The notes: generated by a model not told the origin, from the letters alone. DNA of 64,000 nt from Alphaproteobacteria bacterium (GCA_965243135.1 OZ251539.1:1184001-1248000), one strand, 5' to 3'. Shown: positions 11,296 to 21,488, counted from the stretch's first letter. Made by a program: numbers and translations.

Positions 11296-11893
11296 TCAAA
11301 CGTTTATCGACGCCAGCCGATCTTGATAACCTTGATCTCTGATCTGATTCGAAATGAACGGATAGTAATCGTCAAGAAAATCCAAGGTGTAATGTTCATC
11401 GCGTAAATCACGAATAACGCCTACTCTTTCCTCAATAAATTGTTCGGAATTAAGTTGCAATACTTCTATCGTTCGTTGAATTTTATCCCTAATTGGTGTG
11501 TCGATATTGTTCCCAGGGCGAATCCAGAAATCGTCAAAATGTAGAATAAACCACTTATTTTCCATGTGGAAGGGATCCACGACGCCAATTTTATTGCCTT
11601 TGAAACTATTGACCTTCTTTCGGGCCAATCGAAAATTACACCATTCGAACGCTAGGCTTGGATATTGGTCTTTGGGCCAAAAATGATCTACAGATCTATC
11701 GTTTCCGGTCATTTGCAATGTCGTATAAGCACAGCGATTTGCATAGGCATTTCCTAAATGGCCCAATGCGAGACTCCAAAACCGATTATTCTTCCACATC
11801 CTCCCTGTAGTTACGCTCAAGAAACCTCAGACCGGGTTGCCGAACTTCTTCATCAAAAGAGGGATATTCCTGTTGCGGACAAACAAAAATCAT
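11296..11893 (-). pseudogene. HNH endonuclease (PtuB/retron-HNH-like), apparent frameshift near 5' end
   Basis: RCAY..., SVDHFWPK..YP.LAFEW.NFRLA...N..K; the natural start MIFVCPQQEYPSFDEEVRQPG (11893) is out of frame with the HNH body. Confidence 0.75.
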
Positions 11894-13758
11894 ATTTTTA
11901 CGTTCCTCTTCTCGGCAAAATACTTCCAACGAGCCCAAAAGGGATCGTCGGAACCAAGATATTTCAACAATTTCTCCGTGACGTTCAATATATCCAAGCG
12001 GATATCCTGCCCCTCTTCTCGTTGTCTTTCTTGTATCGCTCTCGCTTCTTCAATGGCTTCTTCCGCGCCCCGTGATCGAGCATGTTTCAAACCGAATACC
12101 GGAGACGTCAGCCATGAGGATATTTGACCGTATTTCTGATATTCGATCTCCTTCAATTTCACGTCTCCGTTAATTTCTTCTAGATGATAAAGACGATCCT
12201 TGTCGTCGGAAAAATCTCCCTCTAAGGAGGCCAATACCATCGGAGAATGCGTCGACGCGATAATTTGGATCTGCAATTTTTCGTCAAGCAGTTTTCCTAT
12301 CGTGAGCAAGGCAGGTAGAATGGTTCTTTGCCAGCGAGGATGCAGATGGGCCTCGGTCTCGTCAATGACGATTAACATTCTGCTTGTGGGTTGCCTTCCA
12401 GTTTTTTGAGACGCAAAGACATGATTGTCCCAAGACCATATAATCAAATAGGCAAGAAGAAGGATACGTTGTACGCCAGCAGACGCAAAACCAATCGGAA
12501 CTTCTCCATAAGGATGAATTATGGTTGGCATCCATCGCGGTTCTCCCAATACACGCTTCGGATTTCCAAAACGCAAAGTGCCAAGGTCCTCGGGGGAGAG
12601 ATGCTCTAAAGCTTTTTCCAAAAGAGGGAATAGTTCCAAGTTGGTGGACAACTGCCAGTTAAGCAAATCCCTGACGAGCCCTTCGATAATTCCCGTTTTT
12701 CCATCCCATATTTCTTTAGTGGTAAGATAGTTCAGGCTTTGAGTCGCATCTATCTGAATAGAATCCCGAAATGGGTCGAATATTGAAAACGAGCCGTCGA
12801 TGCGAACATATATTGATAGATTGGAGGTCCTCTGGTCAGAATCGGGCCAAGAGTGCGTTGTCCAGTCGAATACGCTACGGCAAGTTAAATTTTTTCCGTT
12901 CGTTGGCTTGAATCGATATTGAATGCGGGGGTCGGTTTTGGTGTTTTCATTAAGGGGATACGCCGGATTGCCGGCCCAATTTCCTGTGATGGTCCACCAA
13001 GAGACATTCAACAAAAACGACTTCCCCAATCCATTGTCGCCTGCGATCAAGGTTAGTCTCTTGCCGAAATCAAGCTCGAAAGAACGCGCTGGTCCAACGT
13101 TTTTAAGGTCGAGAGAAATCAAATGGGATCCTGCGTTCTTGGGCGCAAAGGGCGGTGAAGAAAAATAGTGCGCGATATTTTGCAGGCCTGCTGGGCGTTC
13201 TCCAAAATGAGGAAATGCGGGAAGGCTATCGGAAGTATCGCAAAAAAGGGCCGTTCGTTCCTCGTCAGTAATCTTGAATTTACGCAGAAATTTTTCCGCA
13301 ACATCCTGCAAGGTGTCCTCAGGGCTCCATTTTGCGTTTTTTCCTATCCAGATTGCAATAGGCAAGATCGGAACCTGTCGCGAGCGTCCCGAATCGATGA
13401 TTTGAACTAGTTTCTCGATATAATCGGGTTCCAATGTCCAAGACGGTTCTCCTGATTTATGTCGAACGATTGAATCAAAGGTACCGCGACCGTTTGTTGA
13501 ATGAATCCCGGGCGGCGAATATTTTAACGATACCCAGTATTTTTGTCCGAAGAAAGGTTGAAAAAATTTATCAGTGTCTGGATCTAGCCGGTGATACTCC
13601 ATAAGATGTCTCTGAGTAAGGCGATTCAAATGCTCAACGGACAATTCATCCGTCGAAATATTGTTCTTGATAGCAAGAAAGGTTATGCCGAAAAAAGGCT
13701 GAACAGTTTGACGGAGGTTCTGTATTGCCCAAACTATCAAATCATGGGATAGGTACAT
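11890..13758 (-). CDS. ABC/AAA_21-type ATPase (PtuA-like) with extra ~200-aa N-terminal domain
   Basis: LKNVGP, Walker A GDNGLGKS, signature ASAGVQR, IDETEAHLHPRWQR, STHSP; AT-rich relative to flanks. Confidence 0.88.
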   Translation of the reverse strand: MYLSHDLIVWAIQNLRQTVQPFFGITFLAIKNNISTDELSVEHLNRLTQRHLMEYHRLDPDTDKFFQPFFGQKYWVSLKYSPPGIHSTNGRGTFDSIVRHKSGEPSWTLEPDYIEKLVQIIDSGRSRQVPILPIAIWIGKNAKWSPEDTLQDVAEKFLRKFKITDEERTALFCDTSDSLPAFPHFGERPAGLQNIAHYFSSPPFAPKNAGSHLISLDLKNVGPARSFELDFGKRLTLIAGDNGLGKSFLLNVSWWTITGNWAGNPAYPLNENTKTDPRIQYRFKPTNGKNLTCRSVFDWTTHSWPDSDQRTSNLSIYVRIDGSFSIFDPFRDSIQIDATQSLNYLTTKEIWDGKTGIIEGLVRDLLNWQLSTNLELFPLLEKALEHLSPEDLGTLRFGNPKRVLGEPRWMPTIIHPYGEVPIGFASAGVQRILLLAYLIIWSWDNHVFASQKTGRQPTSRMLIVIDETEAHLHPRWQRTILPALLTIGKLLDEKLQIQIIASTHSPMVLASLEGDFSDDKDRLYHLEEINGDVKLKEIEYQKYGQISSWLTSPVFGLKHARSRGAEEAIEEARAIQERQREEGQDIRLDILNVTEKLLKYLGSDDPFWARWKYFAEKRNVKI

Positions 13759-14182
13759 TGTCGCCCTCCATAGCCTCATAGTAACGACAGATCGAATTAA
13801 AATCAATGCCAGGAGCGGAAAACATTAGATAACCCATACGGTTGCGTTGTGGCAGCCCCATCAGTTGTGAACCGCAACGCAGGCGGTCGGTAATTTCGGT
13901 CGGCAGACAGTATCGGGATGAGTAGGCCGGCGAGTCAAGGCGCCGGGGACGTCTGCTTCCTTTGACGAGAGGGTCTTCGTCCCGGTGAGCGGGCGGGAGC
14001 TGCACCGGGCGATCGCCGCCTTCGGGTTGGAGGCTACGGACCTTGCGCCGCGGCGCCTGCACCTCCAGGTACCGGGAAGGCGGTTCTCAAGGCCGTCGCG
14101 CCGGAGCGCGGGAACCTGCCGCTCCTCCGAATTGCTGCTTCGGTGCGAAGGAAACAAGCAAGGCTGCAAGCGCATCCGACAT

Positions 14183-14410
14183 GCTTGACGCGAGGCGCAG
14201 GACGCTGAGGCGGCCCGCGGCGCGAGCGCCTCGTGGGGCGTTCGGCATGACCCGCTCGTTCGGTCGCGCGAGACGGGCTTCCGCTTCTTTGAGCGAAGAA
14301 GCTTCAGGGCCGCGACAGGGGGGTCGGTCGAAGCCATGCCAGCGGATGACCGAATCGACTCGCGAAACCCGGAGAAAGTTCAGCGGAACGGAAAAATGCG
14401 GAAACGCGAA
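14183..14410. repeat. Degenerate dispersed non-coding repeat, copy A
   Basis: 14257-14410 aligns with 35602-35753 (shared GAGCGAAGAA, ACCGAATCG..TCGCGAAA, AACGGAAAAA.GCGGAAACGCGAA); 14238-14290 aligns with 28024-28072. Confidence 0.75.
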
Positions 14411-14487
14411 ATAGTGCGGGATCGTCCCGAACGGAAAGCCTTCTTCGATTGAATCGGCGGAAGATTTGCGTTATCGCTTGGTTCGTC

Positions 14488-15282
14488 ATGGATCGTCTTT
14501 CCCGACTCGAAAGCCAGAGCGTCTATATCTTGCGCGAGGCCTATAACCGCTTCGATCAGGTCGCCATGCTGTGGTCGCTCGGCAAGGACTCGAACGTCAT
14601 GGTCTGGCTCGCGAAGAAGGCGTTTCACGGCCATGTGCCGTTTCCGGTCGTTCATGTCGATACCGGCAGGAAGTTCCGCGAAATGTACGAGTTCCGCGAC
14701 GCTTACGCCCGCGAATGGGATCTGAACCTCGTGGTGGGCGATTGTCCGCCGATCGAGGAAATGGATCCGGACCTGCCGCCGGCCGCCCGCTCGGCTGCGC
14801 GAAAGACGGCGGGGTTGAAGGCGTTGAACGACGAATACGGCTGGACGGCCCTTTTCGCGGGCATTCGCAGGGACGAACAGGCGGTGCGGGCGAAAGAGCG
14901 CGTCTTCAGCCCGCGGAACGGCGACGCCGAGTGGGATTATCGCGATCAGCCGCCGGAGTTCTGGGACCAGTTCAACGCGGAATTTCCGCCGGGAACGCGG
15001 GTGCGGGTCCATCCGTTGCTGCAGTGGACGGAAATCGACGTCTGGCTTTACGTGCGCCGCGAGGGCATTCCGGTCGTTTCGCTGTACTTCTCGCGCGAAG
15101 GCAAGCGCTATCGTTCGCTCGGCGACAAGGACATCACGACGCCCGTCGAGAGCGAGGCCGCGACGATCGACGAAATCATCGCCGAACTGGAGACGACCCG
15201 TCAGCCGGAGCGGATGGGGCGGGTCATGGACCACGAGGCGGAGGACGCGTTCGAGCGTTTGCGCCGGCACGGCTACATGTGA
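14488..15282 (+). CDS. cysD: Sulfate adenylyltransferase subunit 2
   Basis: WSLGKDS, HVDTG.KF, GIRRDE...RAKERVFS, RVHPLL.WTE, YRSLG, C-terminal GYM. Confidence 0.95.
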   Translation: MDRLSRLESQSVYILREAYNRFDQVAMLWSLGKDSNVMVWLAKKAFHGHVPFPVVHVDTGRKFREMYEFRDAYAREWDLNLVVGDCPPIEEMDPDLPPAARSAARKTAGLKALNDEYGWTALFAGIRRDEQAVRAKERVFSPRNGDAEWDYRDQPPEFWDQFNAEFPPGTRVRVHPLLQWTEIDVWLYVRREGIPVVSLYFSREGKRYRSLGDKDITTPVESEAATIDEIIAELETTRQPERMGRVMDHEAEDAFERLRRHGYM

Positions 15283-15288
15283 GCGGCC

Positions 15289-17142
15289 GTGGAACGTTCG
15301 TCTATCGATCTCGTCTTCGTCGGCCATGTCGATCACGGCAAGTCCACCCTGATCGGCCGCCTGCTGCACGATACCGGCGCCGTTTCCGAAGACCGGATCG
15401 CGGCCGTGCGGCGAGCGAGCGAACGGCGCGGCCGCGGCGTCGAATGGGCGTTTTTGCTCGACGCCCTGCAGGCCGAACGGGATCAGGGGGTCACCATCGA
15501 CGTCTCGCGCATACGTTTTCGCACGGAGAGGCGCGACTGCGTAATCGTCGACGCGCCGGGCCATCGGGAGTTTCTCAGGAACATGGTCACCGGGGCGGCC
15601 GATGCGGACGCGGCGGTGCTGGTGATCGACGTCGTGGAGGGAGTGAGGGAACAAACCCGCAGGCACGCCCATTTGCTTTCGCTTATGGGGGTTTCCCAGG
15701 TCGCCGTCTTGGTTACGAAGATGGATCTCGCGGGGTTCGAAGAAAAAGCCTTCCGCCGGGTCGAACGGGACGTCCGCGACTTCCTCGAACGGCTGGGAAC
15801 GACGCCCGGCGCCGTTCTGCCGGTATCGGCCGTTTCGGGAGACAACATCGTTGCCGCGAGCACGGCGATGAGCTGGTTCGGCGGCGACTGCGTGGTCTCG
15901 TTGCTTGATCGGCTGGAACCGCGTCGCCCCCTGCGCGATTTGCCGTTGCGGCTGCCGGTGCAGGACGTGCATCGATTCGACGACCGGCGCATCGTCGTCG
16001 GGCGGATCGAGTCCGGCGTGCTGCACGCTGGCGACCGTTTGCTCTTTTCGCCGTCGGGCCACGCCGCCGGGGTCAGGTCGATCGAGGCGTGGTCGGCGCC
16101 CGCGCCGCCGATCTCCGCGGAAGCCGGCGAGTCGACCGCGATCGTTCTCGACGAGGACATCTTCGTGGAGCGGGGCGAAGTCGTCAGTCACGCCGTCGAG
16201 GCCCCGTCGCTCACCAACGTTTTCCGGGCCCGCATGTTCTGGCTCGGAAGACGCGCGTTGAAGCCAGGTTCGGAACTGATTCTGCGCATCGGAACGGCTC
16301 GGCATCGCGCGACGCTCGCGGCGATCGACCGGGTCGTCGATTCGAAGTCGCTGGAGAGCCGGGAGGCGGCCGAAATCTCGCGCGACGATTGCGCCGAAGT
16401 GGTGTTGCGCACGCAAGGGCTGGTCGCTCTGGACGAGGCCAGAAACAACCCGCGCCTCGGTCGTTTCGTATTGGTGGACGATTATCGAACCGCGGGCGGC
16501 GGCACGATCTCGATGGAAGGATATCCGGACCAGCGCGAACTCGTGACCGTGCGGTCGACGAACGTCGCGTTGACGAAGAGCCACCTCGACCGCGCCGCCC
16601 GCTGGAACCGAAACGGCCACAAGGGCGGCGTGCTCTGGCTCACGGGGTTGTCCGGCGCCGGCAAGTCGACCCTCGCGCTCGGGGTGGAGCGCCGGCTGTT
16701 CGAGGCCGGGATTCAGGTTTACGTTCTGGACGGCGACAATGTCCGGCACGGGCTCACCGCCAATCTCGGATTCTCGCCGGAGGACCGGGCGGAGAACGTG
16801 CGCCGGGTGGGCGAGGTCGCGGCGCTGTTCGCGGATGCGGGCATCGTCGTCATCGCGTCTTTCATTTCGCCATACAGATCGGATCGCGAGCGCGCCCGGT
16901 CGGCGGCGGCCAACATGTTCCACGAGGTCTATATCAGGGCGGATTTGCAAACCTGCGAGGCGCGCGACCCGAAAGGGCTGTACAAACGGGCGCGCGCCGG
17001 AAAAATCCCTGATTTCACGGGGATTTCGGCTCCGTACGAGCCGCCCGAGACGCCCGATCTCACGATCGACACGACGGCCGCCGAGGTCGATGCATGCGTC
17101 CGCGAACTGGCCGACTACGCGAGGAAGGCGTTTCGCATTTAA
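15289..17142 (+). CDS. cysNC: Bifunctional sulfate adenylyltransferase subunit 1 / APS kinase (CysN/CysC, NodQ-like)
   Basis: GHVDHGKST, ERDQGVTID, DAPGH; C-terminal WLTGLSGAGKST, LDGDNVRHGL, RDPKGLY, FTGISAPYE. Confidence 0.95.
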   Translation: MERSSIDLVFVGHVDHGKSTLIGRLLHDTGAVSEDRIAAVRRASERRGRGVEWAFLLDALQAERDQGVTIDVSRIRFRTERRDCVIVDAPGHREFLRNMVTGAADADAAVLVIDVVEGVREQTRRHAHLLSLMGVSQVAVLVTKMDLAGFEEKAFRRVERDVRDFLERLGTTPGAVLPVSAVSGDNIVAASTAMSWFGGDCVVSLLDRLEPRRPLRDLPLRLPVQDVHRFDDRRIVVGRIESGVLHAGDRLLFSPSGHAAGVRSIEAWSAPAPPISAEAGESTAIVLDEDIFVERGEVVSHAVEAPSLTNVFRARMFWLGRRALKPGSELILRIGTARHRATLAAIDRVVDSKSLESREAAEISRDDCAEVVLRTQGLVALDEARNNPRLGRFVLVDDYRTAGGGTISMEGYPDQRELVTVRSTNVALTKSHLDRAARWNRNGHKGGVLWLTGLSGAGKSTLALGVERRLFEAGIQVYVLDGDNVRHGLTANLGFSPEDRAENVRRVGEVAALFADAGIVVIASFISPYRSDRERARSAAANMFHEVYIRADLQTCEARDPKGLYKRARAGKIPDFTGISAPYEPPETPDLTIDTTAAEVDACVRELADYARKAFRI

Positions 17143-17155
17143 GGGGCGGCGCGCT

Positions 17156-18007
17156 TCATGCGCCGGGCAGCTTCTTGCCCGTTTTTCCGGCGAGGTTCTG
17201 TATGAACTGCCAGGCGACCCTGCCTGATCGCGCGCCTCTGGTCATGGACCATTCGATCGCTTCGGCGCGAAGAACGGCCTGATCGATTTCTATTCCGAAA
17301 CGATCGACGTACCGGTCGAGGATCTCGAAGAAGGTGTTCTGGTCGCAGGCGTGGAAGCCGAGCCACAGGCCGAACCTGTCGGAAAGCGAGACCTTCTCCT
17401 GCACCGCCTCTCCCGGATTGATTCCGGTCGAACGCTCGTTCTCGATCATGTCGCGCGGCATGAGGTGGCGCCTGTTCGAGGTCGCGTAGAAGACGACGTT
17501 TTCCGGCCGTCCCTCGATGCCGCCCTCGAGCATGGCCTTCAGCGACTTGTAAGTGGCGTCGTTCGCGTCGAACGACAAATCGTCGCAGAACAGGATGAAG
17601 CGCCGGGCGTTTCCCCGCAGGAGGCCAAGCAGCCGAGGAAGAGAGGAGAGATCTTCGCGATGAATCTCCACCAAGGCCAGCGCGCCGTTCGTTTCGGCTG
17701 CCACCGCCCCGTGAACGGACTTCACGAGCGAACTCTTCCCCATGCCTCGCGCGCCCCAGAGGAGAGCGTTGTTCGCCGGGAGGCCGCGCGCGAACCAGCG
17801 CGTGTTCTCAAGCAGCGTGTCCCGCGCCCTGTCGATGCCGACGAGCAGTTCGAGATCGAGGCGGCATACCGCGGCGACCGGAATCAGGGCGCCGGCGTCC
17901 GCTTGCCAGATGAACGCTTCGGCCTCGTCGCCGACGATTCCGTTGGGCTGCGGCGGCGCAAGCCGGTCCAGGGCGTCGGCGATGCGCCTCAACAGGTCTT
18001 CGTTCAT
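17156..18007 (-). CDS. DUF815-family ATP-binding protein
   Basis: NNALLWGARGMGKSS, FCDDLSF, YATSNRRHL, SLSDRFGL, RSGRVA. Confidence 0.92.
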   Translation of the reverse strand: MNEDLLRRIADALDRLAPPQPNGIVGDEAEAFIWQADAGALIPVAAVCRLDLELLVGIDRARDTLLENTRWFARGLPANNALLWGARGMGKSSLVKSVHGAVAAETNGALALVEIHREDLSSLPRLLGLLRGNARRFILFCDDLSFDANDATYKSLKAMLEGGIEGRPENVVFYATSNRRHLMPRDMIENERSTGINPGEAVQEKVSLSDRFGLWLGFHACDQNTFFEILDRYVDRFGIEIDQAVLRAEAIEWSMTRGARSGRVAWQFIQNLAGKTGKKLPGA

Positions 18008-18466
18008 CGAAAAATTCGCAGGTTGGAAGGGTCGCGAAACCTAACACACGCTCTTCGACGGTCAACGCCGGCGCGGCTCGCGCGCCGTCAACGGACGACC
18101 GGTCCATCCGCCCCGTTCGGCTTGGAACGCTCCCGGACCGGGGAGGCGCTCGGCCGGCGCGAACGCTCCCGGGTCGCCGGCGCCGCCGGAACGCTGGGAT
18201 GCGCCGTGCGGCCGTCGGCTTCCGCGCGGCGCGGCTGCCGTTCGCTTAGCCGAACCTTTCGCCGTTCTCCTGCGAGGATCGTACGGGCCGGAAGGACGGC
18301 GGCTTCTCGCGCCGACGAGGCCGGCAGGCGCGCGGTTCGGCCGGAGATGTCCGCGAGGTCGACGGCCGTCGTCCAAAGGCCGGAAACGACGCGGTTTGAG
18401 TCCTCGCTTGCAAGCCGTCGGCATACGGCTATATTCCGCCAACCTTAAGCGAGCGCGGAGAACGTC

Positions 18467-18907
18467 ATGCTCATTTCACCGGCCTGGGCGCAGGGATCCG
18501 GCGGGTTCGGTCTGGAAGGACTCGGGGGATTTCTCCCGATCATCCTGATTTTCGTCGTCTTTTATTTCCTGCTGATTCGTCCGCAGCAGAAAAAGGCTAA
18601 GGACCATCGGCAAATGATCTCCGATCTCCGCCGCGGCGACCGGGTGGTCACCAATGGCGGGTTGATCGGCACGATCGTTCGCGTTCCCAACGAAAGCGAG
18701 CTCATTCTCGAGATCGCTGAAGACGTCAAGGTGCGGGTCATGCGCGGAATGATTGCGGAGAGCCGGTCCAAGGGAAGGCCGGCGTTGTCGAAGAAGGCGG
18801 CCCGCGAAGCCGAACCCGAGGATTACGACGAGGACTTCGACGACGAGGAGGAATACGAAGAAGAAGAGGAGGAGAAGGCTTCCTCCGGAAAATCCGGCAG
18901 AAAGTAG
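18467..18907 (+). CDS. yajC: Preprotein translocase subunit YajC (acidic C-tail)
   Basis: FYFLLIRPQQKK, GDRVVTNGGLIG. Confidence 0.95.
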   Translation: MLISPAWAQGSGGFGLEGLGGFLPIILIFVVFYFLLIRPQQKKAKDHRQMISDLRRGDRVVTNGGLIGTIVRVPNESELILEIAEDVKVRVMRGMIAESRSKGRPALSKKAAREAEPEDYDEDFDDEEEYEEEEEEKASSGKSGRK

Positions 18908-18941
18908 CGTTCGCGCAAGCCGCTCGGGTAGTTCGGTTTCC

Positions 18942-20534
18942 ATGGTTTACTTCGCCAGATGGAAAATGATTCTCGTCGCAGTGGTCTGCGCGCTGGGTCT
19001 GGCCTTCGCCGCGCCCAACCTGCTGCCTCTGTTCGGAAAGGATTCCGAGTCGGTGCCGTCGTGGCTTCCGAATCAGCAAATCAATCTCGGGCTTGATCTC
19101 CAGGGCGGCTCCCATCTGTTGCTGGAGGTGGACGTGGGATCGGTCATCCGGGAGCGCCTGGAAGGCATGGTCGACGGCGTCCGGGACGCGCTGCGCCGCG
19201 CGTCTCCCCGCATCGGCTACACGCGAATCGGCGTCAGGGGGAATTGCGCCGGCTTCGACCTGCGCGATCAGGAAGACGCCGGGCGCGCCCGGCGCGCGCT
19301 CGCCGATCTCGCGGCGAATTCGGAGATCGTCGTGGACGGCGCCGCCGTCACGATCTGCATGACCGAGCAGGGACGCAACGACGTGCAGACGTCGGCGGTT
19401 CAGCAGTCGATCGAGATCGTGCGCCGGCGCATCGACGAAACCGGCACGAGGGAGCCGACGATCCAGCGGCAGGGCGCCGACCGGATTCTCGTGCAGTTGC
19501 CCGGCGTCAAGGATCCCGAACGGATCAAGCGCCTTCTGGGCAAGACGGCGAAACTCACCTTCCATCTCCTGGACCGCAACGATACCGCGGCGGCAAGCTG
19601 CGGACCGGGACGGCGGGCGCCGCCCGGGAGCATGTGCCTGCCTTCCGACGACGAGCGCGATGTCAACGGCGATCCCATACAGTATCTCGCCAAGCGGCGG
19701 GTGATGGTGAGCGGCGACACGCTGGTGGACGCCCAAGGGACCTTCCAGGACGCGCAACCGGTGGTTTCCTTCCGTTTCGACGCGGTGGGCGCCCGCCGTT
19801 TCGGCGACGTGACGCGCAAGAACGTAGGCCAGCCCTTCGCGATCGTCCTCGACCGCAAGGTGATAAGCGCGCCGGTCATCCGCGAGCCCATTCTCGGCGG
19901 CAGCGGCGTCATTTCGGGCAATTTCACCGTCCAGTCGGCTCAGGATCTCGCCCTGTTGCTGCGGGCGGGCGCGTTGCCGGCTCCGCTGACGGTGCTCGAG
20001 GAGCGCACGGTCGGCGCGGAGCTCGGCGCCGATTCCATCGCCGCGGGAAGGGTCGCGAGCATTTTGTCCATCGTTCTCGTGATCGGCTTCATGGCCGCGG
20101 CCTACGGCATGTTCGGCGCGATGGCCAATGTCGCGCTGGCGCTCAACATGATCCTGATCGCCGCCGTTCTGTCCACGTTGCAGGCGACGCTGACGTTGCC
20201 GGGCATCGCGGGCATCGTGCTGACGATCGGCATGGCGGTGGACGCCAACGTCCTGATTTTCGAGCGGATTCGCGAAGAGGCGCGCAACGGGCGAACGCCT
20301 ATCTCGGCGGTGGATTCCGGCTACCGGCGGGCGCTGACCACGATCATCGACGCCAACATCACCACGTTGATCGCGGCGATTCTGCTGTATCTTTTCGGCT
20401 CCGGCCCGGTGAAAGGGTTCGCCGTCACGCTCGCGATCGGACTGGTGACGTCGATGTTCACCGCGATCATGGTGACGCGGATGATGGTCGTCACCTGGCT
20501 GCATCGCCGCAAGCCCCGAACGCTGCCGCTTTAG
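18942..20534 (+). CDS. secD: Protein translocase subunit SecD
   Basis: NLGLDLQGG, RRRID..G..EP, LRAGALPAPL, GMAVDANVLIFERIREE. Confidence 0.97.
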   Translation: MVYFARWKMILVAVVCALGLAFAAPNLLPLFGKDSESVPSWLPNQQINLGLDLQGGSHLLLEVDVGSVIRERLEGMVDGVRDALRRASPRIGYTRIGVRGNCAGFDLRDQEDAGRARRALADLAANSEIVVDGAAVTICMTEQGRNDVQTSAVQQSIEIVRRRIDETGTREPTIQRQGADRILVQLPGVKDPERIKRLLGKTAKLTFHLLDRNDTAAASCGPGRRAPPGSMCLPSDDERDVNGDPIQYLAKRRVMVSGDTLVDAQGTFQDAQPVVSFRFDAVGARRFGDVTRKNVGQPFAIVLDRKVISAPVIREPILGGSGVISGNFTVQSAQDLALLLRAGALPAPLTVLEERTVGAELGADSIAAGRVASILSIVLVIGFMAAAYGMFGAMANVALALNMILIAAVLSTLQATLTLPGIAGIVLTIGMAVDANVLIFERIREEARNGRTPISAVDSGYRRALTTIIDANITTLIAAILLYLFGSGPVKGFAVTLAIGLVTSMFTAIMVTRMMVVTWLHRRKPRTLPL

Positions 20535-20546
20535 GAGGAGGGACGC

Positions 20547-21488
20547 ATGCGACTGGTCAGCCTCGTTCCCGTCGGCACCAGGATCGACTTCCTGAGGTTC
20601 CGGAAGCTGGCGGGAGCCTTGTCGCTTCTGCTTTGCGTTCTTTCCGCGGGCCTTTTTCTGGGCAAGGGGCTCAACTACGGAATAGATTTCAGGGGCGGAA
20701 TCCTGCTCGAGATCCGGACGCAGGGACCGGCCGACATGGCGCAACTGAGGCTCACGCTGGGCGCTCTCGGGCTTGGGGAGGTGCAACTTCAGGAGTTCGG
20801 GCGCGACACCGACGTCCTGATTCGCATCGAGAAGCAGGAGGGCGGCGAAAAGGCGCAGTTGCGCGCCGTCGAAGTCGCGAAGCAGGCTTTGGGCGACGAC
20901 GTGAGTTACCGGCGCACGGAATTCGTGGGTCCGAAAGTCGGCGGCGAGCTCATCGAAGCGGGCGTGACCGCCGTGCTGCTGGCGCTGGTCGCCATGCTGA
21001 TCTACATCTGGTTCCGCTTCGAATGGCAGTTCGGCGTCGGCGCGGTGGCCGCTTTGCTGCACGACGTCGTGATGACCATCGGGATCTTTTCGCTTCTCGG
21101 GCTGGAGTTCAACCTTTCGACGGTGGCGGCGATTCTGACCATTGCGGGCTACTCCATCAACGACACCGTCGTCGTCTACGACCGGGTGCGGGAGAACCTG
21201 CGCAAGTACAAGCAGATGCCGCTGGAAGAATTGCTGAACTTCTCGGTCAACGGAACCCTGTCGCGGACGCTGCTGACCAGCGTGACGACGCTGATCGCGC
21301 TCTGCGCGCTGTTCTTCGTGGGCGGAGAGGTCATCAAGGGGTTCAGCTTCGCGATGATCTGGGGCGTTCTGGTCGGAACCTACTCCTCGGTTTTCATCGC
21401 GGTGCCGCTGCTGGTCTATATGAACTTGCGCCGGTCCGGCCTGATCGTCGGCGATTCGGAAGACGCGGCGGAAACGTCGGCGAGCTGA
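20547..21488 (+). CDS. secF: Protein translocase subunit SecF
   Basis: GLNYGIDFRGG, VGPKVG.EL, GYSINDTVVVYDRVRE, GTYSS.FIA. Confidence 0.97.
   Translation: MRLVSLVPVGTRIDFLRFRKLAGALSLLLCVLSAGLFLGKGLNYGIDFRGGILLEIRTQGPADMAQLRLTLGALGLGEVQLQEFGRDTDVLIRIEKQEGGEKAQLRAVEVAKQALGDDVSYRRTEFVGPKVGGELIEAGVTAVLLALVAMLIYIWFRFEWQFGVGAVAALLHDVVMTIGIFSLLGLEFNLSTVAAILTIAGYSINDTVVVYDRVRENLRKYKQMPLEELLNFSVNGTLSRTLLTSVTTLIALCALFFVGGEVIKGFSFAMIWGVLVGTYSSVFIAVPLLVYMNLRRSGLIVGDSEDAAETSAS

Noticed and set aside
13860-14130. Coding-like fragment upstream of the ATPase
   Set aside because: Could not assign any family or consistent frame
11296-14180. Retron (RT + msr/msd) accompanying the ATPase/HNH pair
   Set aside because: No RT motifs and no convincing a1/a2 inverted repeat seen
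18120-18200. Three GAACGCT-containing short repeats upstream of yajC
   Set aside because: Short, irregularly spaced and plausible by chance in GC-rich DNA
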